From NCBI GenBank assembly GCA_010093705.1, contig MU006090.1, forward strand, positions 1,577,817 to 1,641,816: a stretch of 64,000 bases of DNA. Direction: 5' to 3'. Each line of letters opens with the position of its first letter. The first letter of the stretch is position 1. Positions 60,283 to 64,000 of this stretch are shown here, piece by piece. The notes beneath the pieces are model-generated. The model was not told where the DNA came from and searched no databases. It saw nothing but the letters and a program-made list of their open reading frames with translations. Source of the stretch: Patellaria atrata CBS 101060 (lineage: Eukaryota). The position numbers were made by a program, and so were the translations under genes.

Positions 60283-61284
60283 ATGCCTAGCTTAGCTAAA
60301 GTATTTCAATGGACTTGTGTCCTCGGTGCCGCCGTTACTCAGGCCGCCCCTGCCTCAAAACCAGTCTCCCGGAGACAGGAGCAGGCACCCATGGGTATCA
60401 CTGATATTGATATTCTACAATTGTACGAAATATTCATCACTTGTAAAAGCCCTTCTTGCTAATCTTAAATCTAGTGCGTTGACTGCAGAGCATCTCGAAT
60501 CAGAGTTCTACAGACAAGGATTCAATTTGTTCCCGAAGAGCGATTTCCAGCAGCTAGGGCTCAGTGAAGAGAGCATTGCAGCTCTACAAAACGTCGGAGC
60601 GACAGAAGCAGCACATGTGTCATTCCTACTATCAGGTATCGCAAATGCAGGCTTCATGCCGGTTTCTCCGTGCGAGTACAACTTCGGCTTCACCGATGCT
60701 GCCGGTATGGTAGGAACGGCACGGATCTTGGAAGCCGTGGGTGTCTCTGCTTATCTGGGCGCTGCTCCTCTCATCAACTCATCGGCAATCCTCGGACAAG
60801 CGGCAACTATCGCTACTGTAGAAGCTCGCCATCAAACCTTCATTCGAGTCGCCTCGAGCTCTGAACCTGTCCCGGGTGCTTTCGACACACCTCTTGGTCC
60901 CCGTGCTGTTTTTACCCTAGCTGCTGCGTTCATCACATCATGCCCTGCCGGCTCTCTGCTCAACATCCCACCATTCCCATCCATTGCGCTTTCAGATCCC
61001 ACCGCTGTCTCCGCCGGTGCGAGGATAGTTCTCGCCGATCCGGCTCAACCCTCTAATGCCGCCTTCTGCGTTTTTGCGACCAAGTAAGTCATTTCTAGTT
61101 TGATAGTGTAATATCGAGCTAATTACGTTACAATAGTGGTGGTTACCGATTTGAAACCATCGAAAACGGCGGTTGTATCGTTCCCCAAGGCTTAGTCGGA
61201 GAAACATACATGATGCTTGCGAGCGCTAAGGCGACGTCTGATGATGTCATCCTCGCAGGTCCGACTGTTATCGTTGTCTCATGA
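60283..61284 (+). CDS. Secreted ferritin-like domain protein (Rds1-like)
   Basis: Signal-peptide-like N-terminus; TDIDILQFALTAEHLESEFY, EAAHVSFL, LEAVGVSAYLGAA, TVEARHQ (Ferritin_2-type ExxH motifs). Two introns. Confidence 0.87.
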
Positions 61285-62043
61285 TCCCTTTTCCCTTGAA
61301 GATTTTCGCAAGTTTGTTACAATTTTTGATACCCTAAAGGTCGTTCACTTGCGGGGGGTGAGATGATTTAGCATAGACGATGAAAGACATGGGAGCTTGT
61401 GTAGGATGTAGTTTGGATTTATTTCATCCGTGCAGCGGCAGCATTAAGAAACAGGACCAACGGAAGATGTGGGCGAGTTGAAGTAGATCCTGTTTGGGTC
61501 TCAAGGGTTTAGTTTTCTTTGCTGTGCAGCGTCGCCGGCCGTTTTTTGGGTTCTGGAACCTTGATGGCTCTTTCATGAGGGTTGTGGTGGTTTGTTTCTG
61601 TTCCTTCTTCTCCTTCTTTTTGCCCTGGCATGTTTTGAAAAGTAATAGAGGATCGGAAATTACTCTCCGCCCGGCCTTTTGATGACACTTCTTGTTTAGG
61701 GCAGAACAGGAGTGAGCATTAGTGTTTAGAGTAGGAGAAGATAATCAATATTTATTTCAAAATGTTTCCTCTACCATTAGATGTGAATATTGTTTGATCA
61801 TACTTTGCTTCTTGGACTCCAGGGGTGTGAGCTGTTACATTTGGGACTTCTACAAAAGTTAAGGCCCTCTTATTTTGGGGAACGAAATCGAATCTAAAGA
61901 CATTATCTATGTCAATTCGTTACTAGAGGTTCAAACAAAATCCCTTCACCAAACAAGTGCCTTATAAGCAATCAAACCCCGCTCACTTTCAATTCTGGCG
62001 GCATTAGCTGAGTGGTGGTAATTTTCCTTTGTCATATTTCCTT

Positions 62044-62279
62044 CAGTCAATTTTCTATCAGTCAATTTTCTATCAGTCAATTTTCTATCAGTCAATTTTC
62101 TATCAGTCAANNNNNNNNNNNNNNNNNNNNNNNNNNNNNNNNNNNNNNNNNNNNNNNNNNNNNNNNNNNNNNNNNNNNNNNNNNNNNNNNNNNNNNNNNN
62201 NNNNNNNNNNTCAGTCAATTTTCTATCAGTCAATTTTCTATCAGTCAATTTTCTATCAGTCAATTTTCTATCAGTCAAC
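62044..62279. repeat. 15-bp minisatellite (TCAGTCAATTTTCTA)n spanning an assembly gap
   Basis: At least 4 perfect units on each side of 100 N (62111-62210). True copy number unknown. Confidence 0.9.
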
Positions 62280-62989
62280 TTTCTAAGCCCTTAATTCGAG
62301 CCCTGGGTCCACCAAAATATAAGGTTAAATGCGTTTGCCGGGTTAACTTTCCCTCCAAGGGGGTTTTCTTTTGTTTTTTTTTTTTCCCTTTTTTCTATTT
62401 TTTTTTCCTATTTTATTTTTCCTATTTTTTTCTTCCTATTGTTTTTTTCCTATTTTTTTTTCCTAATTTTTAAAGGTTCTATTAGGAGTGAGAGGAGATA
62501 TATTTTATTTTTATCATGATATGGAGATTCACCCATACTCGTATATATATCTCCTCAAGATAACTAACTGGGAAATGAGATGCTATAGTAACTTAACATC
62601 AACGGACAGAATATCATCATATTTCAGGAGCCAGACTAGGTGATTCACAGCGTACAGAATCTAACGATACTTTCGTCCAGATGCTATATTGATATCCCGT
62701 CAGAAGGGTATGTCAGTGAGGGATGATAGAGGTGGCTGGAAGCTTAAGCTCAATACGAATTCTGTTGATATGATTGGTCAGCAAGCCGGAACAGCAAGTT
62801 TATCCGGCCATGATCTAACCTCCCCCCTAAAGCTTGCAAGCTGTTGCGCTGAAACCACCACGCGACTGGGGGTAGAATCTGCCCAACCTGCCGCCCACGA
62901 CCGTCATCGCGACCTGCATTCGTTCATTCAAGCTTCAACTCCATTATTATCTTCTCAACTTCCCTTTTGATCCAAAAATTGTCCTTGCA

Positions 62990-64000
62990 ATGCTCGGTCG
63001 CGGCCTCATCAGCCGTTTCTCGGCCGATGTACCCAAAACATCAACACTGGATGTCACGCAGCTCTCGCGATGTCTACAACGACTTGTGCGAGCACATAAG
63101 ACTAGCTCATTACTCAGATCAGGATACTCTTCGCAGCTACCATTCCGTCCAATTGGTCGACATTACGCTACCGCCGGAGCTAAGAAAACGGGAACCCCGA
63201 CTACGAAGGTGAAGAAAGATGTTAAAAAGTCCACACACACATCCACAAGGGTCAGGACGCCCGCGAAGAAGACCGGTACAAAGAAAGCTGCTACGAAGAA
63301 AGCTGCACCAAAGAAGAGCAAGGTAGCGAAGAAGGCTGCACCGAAGAAACCGAGGAAGAGAGTGTTGACAGAGAAGGCGAAAGAGAGACGCGCCGTCCAA
63401 GCGACCAGGGACAGGATCAAGGAGCTCAAAGCCAAAGCATTGAAGGTGCCCAAGGGCGCCAGTCAACGAGGGCTCAGTGCGTACAATGTCTTTACCCAGG
63501 AGAAGCTGAAGGACAAAACTCCCCTCCAAGAAGCCTCGAAGATGTGGAAGGACCTCAGCGCCGCTGACATTGAGGTACCTCCCTCCCTCTCACCTTTCCT
63601 CACAATCAGCAACCCACTAACCTCATCCACAGCACTATAATCATCTCGCCAGGGAAAAGTCCACCGTCGCCCAAGCGGCTTACAAAGCCTGGGTCGAATC
63701 CCATTCCCCGGATGAAATCCGCATCGCCAACAACGCACGCAACTTATTAGGTCGCCGTCTCGACAAGACCAAGGCCGGCCGGAAGCGGCACGATTGCAAC
63801 TTCGCGACCATCCACGACGAGCGCGCACTAAAGACACCCCCGAACCCGTATGCTCGCTTCGCGAGCTCGCGCTGGGACTCAGGGGACATGCGACATATCC
63901 CGGTAACGCAGGCGTCGAAGTTGATCGCGCAGGAGTGGAAGGCGTTGAGTGAGAGCGAGAAGAACGTATGTTTCCCGTTTATGCGAGAAGTGATTTGGAA
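62990..64000 (+). CDS. Mitochondrial tandem HMG-box protein (Abf2/TFAM-like), 3' end outside window
   Basis: Presequence-like N-terminus ending RHYATA; Lys/Ala-rich linker; HMG1 SAYNVFTQEK...WKDLS; after an intron HMG2 PNPYARFASSRW...IAQEWKALSESEK, followed by a GTATGT donor. Confidence 0.85.

Noticed and set aside
61946..62473. ORFs with LTDRK/SQFSI repeats
   Set aside because: Translations of a 15-bp minisatellite across N bases.
1..64000. tRNA, 5S or other rRNA, snRNA genes
   Set aside because: No convincing cloverleaf, A/B-box pair or rRNA signature seen by eye; tRNAscan-SE or Infernal would be needed to exclude them.

Overview
Intron-rich genomic DNA of a filamentous ascomycete (Pezizomycotina-type genes; GT-AG introns with CTRAC-type branch sites). 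It holds about 18 protein-coding loci. Recognisable ones: mitochondrial oxodicarboxylate carrier, Clr4/DIM-5/KMT1 H3K9 methyltransferase, Zn2Cys6 TF, Baeyer-Villiger monooxygenase, HpcH/HpaI aldolase, glutaredoxin-like protein, CHORD-CS protein, PPR protein, ERG8, UBL3-like CAAX protein, UMP1, SSD1, a ferritin-like secreted protein and a partial mitochondrial HMG-box gene. Less characterised ones: a ~60-aa Cys-rich protein, a divergent 14-3-3-like protein, a Ser-rich unknown protein, a ~2,200-aa WG/poly-Lys repeat protein and an F-box-like protein. There is also an MFS pseudogene. Repeats and mobile DNA: two related solo LTRs in opposite orientation, each with a 5-bp TSD; a TIR element with an 8-bp TSD; an 8-unit diverged ~200-260 bp tandem array with a palindromic core; a ~52-bp minisatellite with trimeric higher-order structure; and a 15-bp minisatellite spanning an N gap. 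Most notable: (1) a chromodomain hidden in small upstream exons of the H3K9 methyltransferase, invisible in the ORF track, with an LTR in its promoter; (2) the unexplained 11.4-13.8 kb array; (3) the WG-repeat giant protein; (4) recurring C-to-G skew-switch islands independent of gene orientation. All calls were made by eye without database searches, and exon boundaries are predictions.
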